A stretch of DNA of 64,000 bases from a virus, in the IMG/VR virus record IMGVR_UViG_3300030333_002512, positions 1-64,000 of that record; one strand, 5' to 3'. Below are positions 9,381-18,625 of the stretch, piece by piece. Made by a program: the position numbers and the translations under genes. Position 1 is the first letter of the stretch. Every line of letters starts with the position of its first letter. The notes beneath the pieces are model-generated. The model did no database searches and had not been told where the DNA came from. It worked only from the letters and a program-made list of their open reading frames with translations.

Positions 9381-10775
9381 TCAAGCACTCTTCAGGTTCG
9401 TTATCTTTCCTTGTCCCTTGAAGAAGGAGCAGCATGTCTCGCCCATTGTTCGATACATGCCTTGGTTCCCAAGAGTCCCGACACCGAATGGGTTTCCGCT
9501 AGTAATACCATCCTCAAAGTATTGGGTTGGCTTCATTACGGATAACCATAGGTGGTCAGTATCTAGCACCAAGATATCGCTTAGGGTATTTGTCGTGTTG
9601 CTGCTCGTTGTGGGCATATCCTTTGCAGGGATGATGGGTATGTCGTAGTAGGTCGCTACTCTGAAACCAACTTCTGCACCCTTCACACCACGGACTCCGT
9701 TATGGGTCGGCACGATTTCCTTCCTGTCCATGAACCTCTCTTGGCTCTGTAGCAGGTCAGATATGTGCTGAATGGTGTCGTATCCTGTTAGGATAACCTT
9801 CGGGTTTCCTCCATTCTGCCTGATTCTGCGAATCATGTCATTTAGGATGCTTAGGGTTAGAACCCTTGCATCTGCGGCAGTCTCGTAGGAGCCACCAAAG
9901 TCAACCTCAGCATCTAGGAAAGATGCAGTTCCGGTGTAGACGTATGCGCCGCTACTTCCGGTCTTGGTTACTGCCCTTGAAGAACCGAACAGGTTTGCAA
10001 CGTCAGCCGCAGGTGCGGTTGCGTCATCGTTCTGTCCAGCAGTTACTAGAAGGTCAGCCTCCATCATCTTCCCGATTTCCTGTGCAGATGAAACTATCTT
10101 CATGAGAGAAGTGTAGTTCCTGTCCATGTTGGTAATTCCAGTCTGGTCATACTGCTCAAGAGGCATTAGTAGCATCTTGCTCTGAACCTCAGCGTGGAGT
10201 TTACCCATGTCCTCACGGACAATTGAACGGATATCTCCAACACCGTCATCAATAGCAGCCATCTCCATACCAAGTTCCGAGAACTCAAATAGATGAGCAA
10301 TCGTCTTTGGGCTGACATGCAACTTCGTGTATTCGGGAGCCATTGCAGTAAAGGGAGCAGTCCCTAGTGCTGCATTTTCAGGCTGACCGCCAATTTGGTC
10401 AGGCTTTGGTGCTGCTGCCTGTGCCGAAGTCATTGTCTTGGTGACATCGTTAGAGCCTATTCCGAAAGCGGAACCGCTTCCACCCATAGGCCTTGCCTTC
10501 AAGACTCGCCAACCGCTAGATGTGTATGGCCTCTTCGCAATCATCGAGAGAGGGTTTACCTCTTGGTTTAGCATCGACCAAACTTTCTGCCCATAAAGCA
10601 GGTTGTATAGGTCACCAAGGTTAGCAGCCGCAGTGAAGGGGTTTGATGAAGCATCGTGAGGAGTTCCGAAACCCCCAACAACGCCACCAGCCTTCAGCAG
10701 TGCATTACCTGACTCTCCACGGAGGCCGTATGTAGCAGCCTCCAAATCTTTCATCGTTCGTATGTATCCACTCAT
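9381..10775 (-). CDS. Major capsid protein (HK97 fold)
   Basis: 464 aa directly after the prohead protease; sequence pattern (PKVILTGY...YYDIPIIP...ILVLDTDHL...GKITNL) fits HK97-type MCPs. Confidence 0.85.
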   Translation of the reverse strand: MSGYIRTMKDLEAATYGLRGESGNALLKAGGVVGGFGTPHDASSNPFTAAANLGDLYNLLYGQKVWSMLNQEVNPLSMIAKRPYTSSGWRVLKARPMGGSGSAFGIGSNDVTKTMTSAQAAAPKPDQIGGQPENAALGTAPFTAMAPEYTKLHVSPKTIAHLFEFSELGMEMAAIDDGVGDIRSIVREDMGKLHAEVQSKMLLMPLEQYDQTGITNMDRNYTSLMKIVSSAQEIGKMMEADLLVTAGQNDDATAPAADVANLFGSSRAVTKTGSSGAYVYTGTASFLDAEVDFGGSYETAADARVLTLSILNDMIRRIRQNGGNPKVILTGYDTIQHISDLLQSQERFMDRKEIVPTHNGVRGVKGAEVGFRVATYYDIPIIPAKDMPTTSSNTTNTLSDILVLDTDHLWLSVMKPTQYFEDGITSGNPFGVGTLGNQGMYRTMGETCCSFFKGQGKITNLKSA

Positions 10776-10777
10776 GT

Positions 10778-12025
10778 TTAATCACTCCTGTAGTTTCTTG
10801 CAAAGTTGTGTATGTCATCCCAACTTACCTCAGCCGCAGTTGCGGTATCTGTTGGGATTCCTTCTGGAAGTTCAAAAGCAACTTCCTTAGCCTTGCGAAT
10901 CTCATTGTCCTTCTCGGATAGGGACTTCCTTAGTTCTGCGAACTCCTTCTTGAGAGCAGAAACATCGTTGCGAGCATCATACTCTGCTCTTTCTGCTTCT
11001 GATTTCTTGAGGGCTAGTTCTTCCTCTAGGCGATTTGCGAAGGTCTTCTGAAGTTCATCAATAGCCCTCTTCTCCAACTGCTCTGCCTTGAACTGCTCAT
11101 ATGCCTTCTCGACATTCTCAGCAGACAGATTTAGTGTTGGGAAATCAGATGCCTCTAATCCCTTGTTCACATTTCCTAGAGCAGCAGGTGCAGAAGTTGG
11201 CTTACCGCCACTTACTACTTCCTCACCAGCCTCGAACTCTCTTGTTTCATCCTCATCAAGAGCCTTTGCTTCTGAATCCTCATCCACAGACTCGTCATCG
11301 TCAGATAGTTCAAGGTCTTCTGCCCCGCCCTCATCTTCCATGTCCAAGTCCATGTCTTCATCTTCAGAATCGGTGTCCATATACTCCGCTTCCTTTCTTA
11401 CGTCATCTTCCTTGCCGATGCCGTTGATTTGACTTACCAAATCATTCAACTCGCCAAGTGCTTTTTCCAGTTTTTCACTCATTTCTTTTTCCTCCATTTT
11501 TAAAATGTCGAATTTTGCTTCCGGGTTAATCCCTTTTTCACAGATGGTTACCTCATGTAGTTCTAACTTGTCTATTTCGTTATATTGTCCAAATTCAGAA
11601 TTGTTCTTTTGCTTCTTTGAAATTGCCTGTCCACCGATGCTGAAAGACCGAAGCGTTCCTTTTCTAATACCTCTTGAGATTTCCTTAGCCTTCTCGATGT
11701 CATCGCGCATCTTGATTACTACATAGAATCCAACGTCATCCACTTCTGTTTTGTGTAGATTTCCGTTTTTATCTCGGTATTTTTCTATTACCTCCCCGAC
11801 TTGAACATTTGAATGATTTGACATTACATTCCGGAACTTCTTTTCTTCCATGTATTTGACTACTGCTTCCTTAAGTGCTGCTAGTGTGATTAGGTCATTC
11901 TGCTTGTCCACGATTTCGATAGATGCATAACCACCAATGACTAGATTATCAGACTTTAGAATCTGAAAGTTACCGTTTTGTTCCTCCTGTATATGCTGTG
12001 TCTTTTGCAATAACACTTCTCTCAC
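10778..12025 (-). CDS. Prohead protease with C-terminal scaffold
   Basis: GYAS...DKQND, H in MSNHS, catalytic RSFSIGG, LHEVTIC...NPEA (HK97-type protease); acidic/coiled-coil C-terminal half. Confidence 0.9.
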   Translation of the reverse strand: MREVLLQKTQHIQEEQNGNFQILKSDNLVIGGYASIEIVDKQNDLITLAALKEAVVKYMEEKKFRNVMSNHSNVQVGEVIEKYRDKNGNLHKTEVDDVGFYVVIKMRDDIEKAKEISRGIRKGTLRSFSIGGQAISKKQKNNSEFGQYNEIDKLELHEVTICEKGINPEAKFDILKMEEKEMSEKLEKALGELNDLVSQINGIGKEDDVRKEAEYMDTDSEDEDMDLDMEDEGGAEDLELSDDDESVDEDSEAKALDEDETREFEAGEEVVSGGKPTSAPAALGNVNKGLEASDFPTLNLSAENVEKAYEQFKAEQLEKRAIDELQKTFANRLEEELALKKSEAERAEYDARNDVSALKKEFAELRKSLSEKDNEIRKAKEVAFELPEGIPTDTATAAEVSWDDIHNFARNYRSD

Positions 12026-12037
12026 CTTTTTTTCTTA

Positions 12038-14653
12038 CTATTTAGCGTCTTCGTCTTGAGTTGGAGGTAATTTAACATCTGCATATTTATCCTCAGTGAT
12101 GTTCCACACCCCTTCATCTGCCTTGCGGTCTAGCATTTCTTGTTTCTTTCCAGTCCATGCAACCCATCTCTTTTTCTCATTAAGTGGGACAATTCTTATG
12201 TGAAGCCTAGTTTGGAATTTATTCCCATCTAGTCGGTATTCGTGATAGCCATCTCTTTGAACACCTATCTCAACTTCACCACTATCAAGAGTCTTTTTCT
12301 CATCATTTATTTTATCCAATACTTGCGCAGGGAATTTACCGGACTTGCCAAATAAGTTGTATATGTCTTCCGTATCATCTATGTCAATTAACCAAGCCAT
12401 TCTCTTTTCACGATAATTAATTATGAAGTTTATGTTATTGTCTTTAGTGACCACAAGAGAAAACTCACCGAGATTGCTGGATTTGTCATCAAATTTTTCA
12501 GAAACTTCTGTTTTCTTTATTTCCACATCCTTTTCTAGAATATCCTTGACCGCATCGAATTTGTTAGGATGCAGATATTTCAAGTCCTCCTGTTGTTTCA
12601 ACCATGACATCAACCGACCATCATCAGAATCAAACAATTCATCATATGTCTTTGGATAGTGTTCAACTACGAATCTTTCTATCTTGTCCAAACTGAGAGG
12701 CTTCCCTCTCTCTATGATTTCATTTCTTATTCCTATTCTCAGGTCTGACCGCTTGGTCTTGAGAATCTTCTCCACTTGTCCTTTCCAACTCTCTAAGTCA
12801 ATTGCGGCATTCTTTTCCATGAGAGAATCCCCCTTCAATCCATAGACCGTGAATCCATCTAATTCTCCCTTTAGAATAACTTCCGCTACGCCGTGAACAT
12901 GGTCAGTAATGTGTAGGGTCTTCTCAAGTCCGGTTCCGGGTTTGAACAAATCTCCTATCTTATCACCAAATACATAGTGCAATCCCGAATCCAAGGATTT
13001 CTTTGTCTTCGTGGCTAATTCCTCAAGTGTCTCTATCGTATCTGTTGTGTCTACTTCTGGTAGTTCGATAACTTGTGCTGAAATTAACTTGAAGTCCTTC
13101 TTTCCTTTCTTGACTTCATCAACCTTAACCCTAACAATGTCTCCAACCTTGACTTTGACTTTGGTATTCAATGCCTTGCCTACAGGAAGATACGCCTTGC
13201 CATCTATTTCCTTGACTTTGTATTCCCTAGCATCTTTACCGCTAAGGGGGCCAATTCCCAATTCGTAGGAATGTAGATTGCTCTTGGTTTTCTTTACATT
13301 CAACACTGCTACATCCAAGTCAACGAACTTCTTCCATTTGACCCACTTAGGATTCTTCCTGTTTCCAATGTAATATGTGGATTCCATATCCTTGATTACA
13401 ACTCCTTCGGAAGTAGGCATCTCCATTATCTTCTTTGAGTATTCTTCGACTTCCTCAATTGAGTCTGCAAGCCTAGTATCTTTCTTTGAAGGAAATGCCA
13501 AGTCCTCAGAAGAGTGTTGACCATATTGATAGAATAGAACATTGATTCTTTCCTTCAATGGTTCATCCGTCACACTCTTTCCTTCATGGTTCATTATATC
13601 GAAAACGTGCGCTCTCAATCTATGCTTTGTTTCCTTCTTGAAAATGTGACTAACAGTTGCGGCTCGATGTAGTGCCTCATCACCATCGAACAACATCAAT
13701 TCGGCATCTAGTATACAATCACCAAATTGCTTCTTTTCCATATGAGAAACTTGCTTGGCACATTTGTCTGTAATGTCCTTTTCATTGTAGGAGTATATCT
13801 TCACATCCCCATCTTTCTTGTGTATCTGTATTCTCATACCATCATATTTCTCTTGAACAACCCATTCACCTGTAAAGCCCTTCAACTTCTTTAGGTCTGC
13901 AATCTCAAAGATTCTATACAGTGGTTTGTTTGGGACAATGAAATCTATCTCGGCCTTTTCGTCTTCGCTCTTCTCAGACTTCTGCAAATCCAATTCTACT
14001 AAGGCCTCCCAATCCTCTTCCTCGTATTGTCCCTGAAACACCTTTTCTAAAAGAGCATAGGCTTGCTTGAATTTAGTCTTGATTCTCCTACTATCTGTAT
14101 CGTCATCACCATAATGTTCTGTGATGTATAGTGGAATGTCGTCAACTTCTAAATCCAATCCCATGTATCCCTGAGTCAGTTTGTCTTCCGGCATCTTGTA
14201 TTTCTGCCAAGCCTTCTCCGGTAATGCATTGGAATGTGAACGCATTGCATAATGGATGAAACTAGCAAAGATGTGGTCTTTTTCCAATAGAGTAGGAATA
14301 ACGTCTTTTCCAAGTTGCTTGGCAAAGGGGTCACTAACCCCCTTGGATTCAAATCTCATTTCTTTAATGGAGTCATAGACTTCCTTTGCCTGTCTGGTAG
14401 TTGGGTCTTTAGCCTCATCAGAAAACAAAGTCTTCTCCTTTAGGTATTCTTTCAATTCCCTTGAGAAATCAGAGATGTCATCGAATTCTCCTTTGATGTC
14501 CTCAATCGCCTTCTCCCATTTCTTCCTGTATTCTTCAGGGTCTTCCTTTGCAGAAAGATAGGCGAAACGGACTCTTTCGAAAAAATCTAGAACACGCTTT
14601 GTCATTGCGTCTTCTTCTTTTTCAAATTCTATACCCGATTGAGGCATGGTCAC
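12038..14653 (-). CDS. ATP-dependent DNA ligase, extended (structural-module copy)
   Basis: Motifs EKYDG, ILDAEL, VFDIM, EGVVIK, WVKWK; long N- and C-terminal extensions, the latter resembling the LigD phosphoesterase fold. Confidence 0.85.
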   Translation of the reverse strand: MTMPQSGIEFEKEEDAMTKRVLDFFERVRFAYLSAKEDPEEYRKKWEKAIEDIKGEFDDISDFSRELKEYLKEKTLFSDEAKDPTTRQAKEVYDSIKEMRFESKGVSDPFAKQLGKDVIPTLLEKDHIFASFIHYAMRSHSNALPEKAWQKYKMPEDKLTQGYMGLDLEVDDIPLYITEHYGDDDTDSRRIKTKFKQAYALLEKVFQGQYEEEDWEALVELDLQKSEKSEDEKAEIDFIVPNKPLYRIFEIADLKKLKGFTGEWVVQEKYDGMRIQIHKKDGDVKIYSYNEKDITDKCAKQVSHMEKKQFGDCILDAELMLFDGDEALHRAATVSHIFKKETKHRLRAHVFDIMNHEGKSVTDEPLKERINVLFYQYGQHSSEDLAFPSKKDTRLADSIEEVEEYSKKIMEMPTSEGVVIKDMESTYYIGNRKNPKWVKWKKFVDLDVAVLNVKKTKSNLHSYELGIGPLSGKDAREYKVKEIDGKAYLPVGKALNTKVKVKVGDIVRVKVDEVKKGKKDFKLISAQVIELPEVDTTDTIETLEELATKTKKSLDSGLHYVFGDKIGDLFKPGTGLEKTLHITDHVHGVAEVILKGELDGFTVYGLKGDSLMEKNAAIDLESWKGQVEKILKTKRSDLRIGIRNEIIERGKPLSLDKIERFVVEHYPKTYDELFDSDDGRLMSWLKQQEDLKYLHPNKFDAVKDILEKDVEIKKTEVSEKFDDKSSNLGEFSLVVTKDNNINFIINYREKRMAWLIDIDDTEDIYNLFGKSGKFPAQVLDKINDEKKTLDSGEVEIGVQRDGYHEYRLDGNKFQTRLHIRIVPLNEKKRWVAWTGKKQEMLDRKADEGVWNITEDKYADVKLPPTQDEDAK

Positions 14654-14654
14654 C

Positions 14655-15236
14655 TCACGGTTGCTGTGCAGGTGTCGCTGCTGCTCCTTTTGTCCCTACT
14701 TTCAAATCTTGTAGAATATCTGCCATTTGCGCATGAAGGGCATTTACTGCTTCAATAGTTCCGGGTTCCATCGCATCACCTTCTTGTAATCTGTTTACTT
14801 CGGCAGTAATCTCATCTAGTGCTGAATTCATTTCTTCAATTGCGTCTTGAACCGCCCTTGGGGAATTTAAGTCAGGTCTGCTCTCTTGTTCCCAAACAGG
14901 ATTCGCATCATCTGATTGGGGGTCATATGGGGGCATGTCAGTTCCATACTCTTTGATGATTGAATCAGTAAGAATGTGTATAGCCTTCTGAAGCATCGAG
15001 ATTGACTTCTTCATCTTGCCATCATTCTCTTTCTTCTCCTTGCCTTCTATGTTGCTAGTCTTTGGAATTGGAACCTCAGAAGGATTCTTCTTTGGGCGTT
15101 TCACCTTGAAGTCTTCTCCTAGTGCTGGCTCATCCAACTCTATGATTCCTAGATGCTTGGCTTCTTGAATAACTTCCTTGGCCTTTAGTATGGCCATCTC
15201 TAATTGCTTTTCTTCTCTTGTTACTTTCTCCGGCAT
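14655..15236 (-). CDS. Hypothetical protein, probable head-internal
   Basis: 193 aa with several hydrophobic-x-K-[AS] sites. Confidence 0.6.
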   Translation of the reverse strand: MPEKVTREEKQLEMAILKAKEVIQEAKHLGIIELDEPALGEDFKVKRPKKNPSEVPIPKTSNIEGKEKKENDGKMKKSISMLQKAIHILTDSIIKEYGTDMPPYDPQSDDANPVWEQESRPDLNSPRAVQDAIEEMNSALDEITAEVNRLQEGDAMEPGTIEAVNALHAQMADILQDLKVGTKGAAATPAQQP

Positions 15237-15244
15237 AATATCAC

Positions 15245-15517
15245 CTATTGTTGTGGTTGTTGTGGTTGTTGATTAAGGCCACCTGTGCTAGTGCCTTGTT
15301 CTTGATGCATTTGTATTGCCTGTTGCTCTTCTGCAATTGCTTGTTCCAATGTTGAACCACCCTTTATGAAATCAGCAAGTCCTTGATACAGATTTTCGGG
15401 GGCTAAACCTTGTGCTTGAGTAAATTGTTGCTCTAGAGCATCTAATCCATATCTTGCAACAATGGCCTCCAATAGCACTTGTCTTCCTTGATTTTTTAGA
15501 ACGTTTTCCCATGTCAT
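15245..15517 (-). CDS. W-motif small protein (MTWENVLK)
   Basis: Shared N-terminal peptide; Q-rich. Confidence 0.65.
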   Translation of the reverse strand: MTWENVLKNQGRQVLLEAIVARYGLDALEQQFTQAQGLAPENLYQGLADFIKGGSTLEQAIAEEQQAIQMHQEQGTSTGGLNQQPQQPQQ

Positions 15518-15521
15518 AATA

Positions 15522-15719
15522 TCACGCTAGTATTCTCTTCAACTTCTCGATTGCAGATGACGCTTCTTGGAATAACCTGTCTGCTTCTCCACTCTTATCA
15601 GAAGGAACCTCATGTTCCAATTCCTGTAGTTGCATGACCATTGTTTCTAGAGCAGAAGCAACATCGCTCTCGCCCCTTCTGTGTATTCCGTAAATCTTTA
15701 CTGTATCTTCCCAACTCAT
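15522..15719 (-). CDS. W-motif small protein (MSWEDTVK)
   Basis: Shared N-terminal peptide. Confidence 0.65.
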   Translation of the reverse strand: MSWEDTVKIYGIHRRGESDVASALETMVMQLQELEHEVPSDKSGEADRLFQEASSAIEKLKRILA

Positions 15720-15940
15720 TGCATATCCCCCACAATCTTGTGAATGTCATCCCACTTCATATCTCCAACCATTGCACTTGCATCCATGCTTTTGTTGATG
15801 CTAGGTGTTGGAGTTTCTACTACGACATATCCCGATTTCATCAGCAAGTTATCTTGGTGATACACGGTTTGCTCTAATGCCTTCACCTTATCCACTAGGG
15901 TCTTTAGAAGAGAAACCATCTCGTCTTTTTCTTCGCTCAT
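15716..15940 (-). CDS. Small coiled-coil protein with C-terminal MKWDDIHK
   Basis: C-terminus nearly matches the scaffold C-terminus VSWDDIHN. Confidence 0.65.
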   Translation of the reverse strand: MSEEKDEMVSLLKTLVDKVKALEQTVYHQDNLLMKSGYVVVETPTPSINKSMDASAMVGDMKWDDIHKIVGDMQ

Positions 15941-16038
15941 GGTGTCGCCTCATCCTTTCCGTCTTTGTCATGCTTTATGATAATTTTGAAATCTTTCTTT
16001 AGTGCTTCCTTCAAACTCTCTTTCCAATTCAATGTCAT
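15937..16038 (-). CDS. 33-aa W-motif microprotein (MTLNWKESLK)
   Basis: Not in the ORF track; ATGA overlaps at both ends fill the gap exactly. Confidence 0.55.
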   Translation of the reverse strand: MTLNWKESLKEALKKDFKIIIKHDKDGKDEATP

Positions 16039-16379
16039 TCTTTTTCCACTCCTGTTTCTAAATCGCCCTTTTTCTTTGGATAAACCATTCCTCTTAATTG
16101 GCGATAAAGTGTTTCATAGTCCTTGCGAAGTTCAGCCGCAGCAGTTACCAATGATAGGTTTCTCTCATCAAACCCATCAAACTTCTTCTGTAGGTTTTTA
16201 TCTGATTTAACCAAATCTAGTTTTTTCATCTCCTTTATGAGATTGGTCAATTTAGTCATATCTTGTCCCATGTATTCTGTAGGTTGAGATGATTGGAGTA
16301 GTTTCTTGATTCGCTTCTTCTGCTTTGGTTTCACTTTAGAGAGTAAATCAGTTTCTTTGAGAATGTCTTGCCAACCCAT
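16035..16379 (-). CDS. W-motif protein (MGWQDILK)
   Basis: Shared N-terminal peptide; GAGGGAG RBS. Confidence 0.7.
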   Translation of the reverse strand: MGWQDILKETDLLSKVKPKQKKRIKKLLQSSQPTEYMGQDMTKLTNLIKEMKKLDLVKSDKNLQKKFDGFDERNLSLVTAAAELRKDYETLYRQLRGMVYPKKKGDLETGVEKE

Positions 16380-16388
16380 CTTACTCCC

Positions 16389-18284
16389 TCATGTGTCGTG
16401 TATCATTTCGTTCACAAGCCTAGTGGTTAATTTAAGTTGGTGCTTGAGTGCGTAAATCTTCTCTTCTGTTTCTCTCTTTCTGTATTTGTATTCATCCGGA
16501 TTATTTCTCTTCAACCTTTCAAGCATCTCTTCGTTGTTCTTTATGGTCTGTTTGATGTTAGGCATCTGAGTATTTAGCAATCTACTTAGATATCGCAACA
16601 ACTTGTCTTTCTGTGCTTGAGAGGTAGGCTCTTTGATTTCATTCATCTCAGACACTTTAGGTTTCAATGAATCAATTGTTCGATAGATGGCTGCAATTTC
16701 TTTTTCTCTAGCCTCGATTGTTTTCTTATTCTTACTTCGACTTAGCCTAGACTTAAGTTTCTCGATGTCATCTACTAGGCTATCCATGATTTCTTGCTTA
16801 TCAGTTCCCTTGGGGAATTTCTTCCCGCCAATTGTTATCTTCTTGGGTTCTTGCTCTTCGGGTTTGTAGTTATCCCAAGCAGCAATTAGTCTTGGGAATT
16901 TACTTGTTCCTTCTGTCACATCAATGGCATTGATGTCGAAGGTATCGAATTCTTCAGAACGAACGGTCTTGTCTCTCTTTCTATTGAAACTCCTAGTTCC
17001 GACCTTTCTTAGTTTTGTGACAACTTCTAGATTCTTCTTCTTGAGTTTATCAGAATTACCTGTGAGTTTGTTTACCGTCAGAAGAAACTCAAGAACTCTA
17101 AGAAGGCGATTTATTTCTCCTGTGTCCTGAGTTCTGTCTTTTTGTGTGAACCTTTGTTCTTCGTATCCTTCCATTGAATACTCTTCTTTCAAACGGTTAT
17201 AGAATTGATTTAATTTGGCAGAAATGCGATACACTCCGAATAACACATTATCCGCATAGTCCTCAGTGAATAGGAAGTGGAAGTCCTTTCCTTCCCCATC
17301 GAACATTATTTTTTCCATCTTCTCTACTGTGGAATCTACGTCTAAGGAGAAATACCCTTTCATTTTTTGTCGAATGGGCTTTCTTTCTGAAACATCAGTT
17401 CTACCAAGCCCCTCTCTCTCAAAGACTTCAAGCATCAAACTCTTACTTGTTTGGTCAGAATAATATCTGTATGCAGACCAATCCTTTTCATCTTCATCCC
17501 ATTTCGCTTGGGGTTCTACGAATAAAGCCTTGAATGATTTTGGTATTGATTTTCCATTATAGAGGAAATCTTGTATTTTCGACACGTTCTTTCTATTGAA
17601 AAATCCTGCCTGTCTTAGAGATTTAATGTGCTTCTGCGCAGATGGGTCGCCACCACCTGTCTTCCCAACAGTCGTCAATAGTTTCTTCAAGTCGGAAACA
17701 AGCCCTGTTGTTTTTGTTGCAGCAATTCTATTAGCAGAAAGTAATTTTTCTAATACGCCATAGTTTTTCTTGTCGGGCAAGTCTTCAGCAATAATTTCTA
17801 TCACTGTTTCAGCGCGTTGGTCTAATTCCACTCGTTGCTTCATCTTAATTTCAACATTGAAGAGTCTAGCCATAACTTCCTTGAACTCTTTCATACCTCG
17901 TATTTTCTCACCATAGTCTTCACTGGCATCTTCTTGTTCCTCTTGCTCACCCATCGCTGTTAGAGTTGAATACAAGTCCTCAACTTTCTTTGCATACTTC
18001 TCTACGTCAATCTGAAATTGTTCAACTGCTGCTTGTCCCTCTAACTGCTTACCCGAAAATATTGGTTCTCGGAAAACATTTGGTAATGAGACACCTTGCA
18101 CTATTTCCATAAAGGCTTGTAAGGCCTCATCTGCTTTCACAAGGCCTTCTTCCGTTACACCCTTCTCCTTTCTAGAATACCTGTCTAATAATTCGTAGAC
18201 ATCTGCATGTATATCTCCACCAATAGGAGGGGCTTCAGGTTCTTCCGCCTCCTCCTCCTTCCGAAGAATATCCACGAACGTCAT
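16389..18284 (-). CDS. Large hypothetical protein (MTFVDILRK)
   Basis: 631 aa with a variant of the N-terminal peptide. Confidence 0.7.
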   Translation of the reverse strand: MTFVDILRKEEEAEEPEAPPIGGDIHADVYELLDRYSRKEKGVTEEGLVKADEALQAFMEIVQGVSLPNVFREPIFSGKQLEGQAAVEQFQIDVEKYAKKVEDLYSTLTAMGEQEEQEDASEDYGEKIRGMKEFKEVMARLFNVEIKMKQRVELDQRAETVIEIIAEDLPDKKNYGVLEKLLSANRIAATKTTGLVSDLKKLLTTVGKTGGGDPSAQKHIKSLRQAGFFNRKNVSKIQDFLYNGKSIPKSFKALFVEPQAKWDEDEKDWSAYRYYSDQTSKSLMLEVFEREGLGRTDVSERKPIRQKMKGYFSLDVDSTVEKMEKIMFDGEGKDFHFLFTEDYADNVLFGVYRISAKLNQFYNRLKEEYSMEGYEEQRFTQKDRTQDTGEINRLLRVLEFLLTVNKLTGNSDKLKKKNLEVVTKLRKVGTRSFNRKRDKTVRSEEFDTFDINAIDVTEGTSKFPRLIAAWDNYKPEEQEPKKITIGGKKFPKGTDKQEIMDSLVDDIEKLKSRLSRSKNKKTIEAREKEIAAIYRTIDSLKPKVSEMNEIKEPTSQAQKDKLLRYLSRLLNTQMPNIKQTIKNNEEMLERLKRNNPDEYKYRKRETEEKIYALKHQLKLTTRLVNEMIHDT

Positions 18285-18293
18285 CTAATCATC

Positions 18294-18521
18294 TCAATAT
18301 GGTATATTTTCTGACTGGTTCTTGCGCTTCTTAGGCAAGAGAATTACATCAGGAATATCACTAGCACCGGGGGTTTTCTTCTCCACGGTAGTAGCCTTGT
18401 CAATACCACCAACTGAGTAATCTCTACTCTTGGTAGCATTCTTCCTCGCTTCCTGCCCTTCTCTTATTCTTGCAGCCTTCAACTCTCTTTCCAGTTGTCT
18501 TACACTTTTTTCTTCACTCAT
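18294..18521 (-). CDS. Hypothetical protein
   Basis: 75 aa, coupled in the operon. Confidence 0.6.
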   Translation of the reverse strand: MSEEKSVRQLERELKAARIREGQEARKNATKSRDYSVGGIDKATTVEKKTPGASDIPDVILLPKKRKNQSENIPY

Positions 18522-18625
18522 CTTTTCATCTCCTCCAAACTTTTTCTAATTCTTTCATCGGTTTCAGCATTTAATTTGTCAATCTCTTCTTTCCATTTTT
18601 TTACTATCTCAAGCAAATCTGTCAT
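18518..18625 (-). CDS. 35-aa microprotein (MTDLLEIVKK)
   Basis: Not in the ORF track; ATGA overlaps with the portal stop and the next start. Confidence 0.5.
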   Translation of the reverse strand: MTDLLEIVKKWKEEIDKLNAETDERIRKSLEEMKR

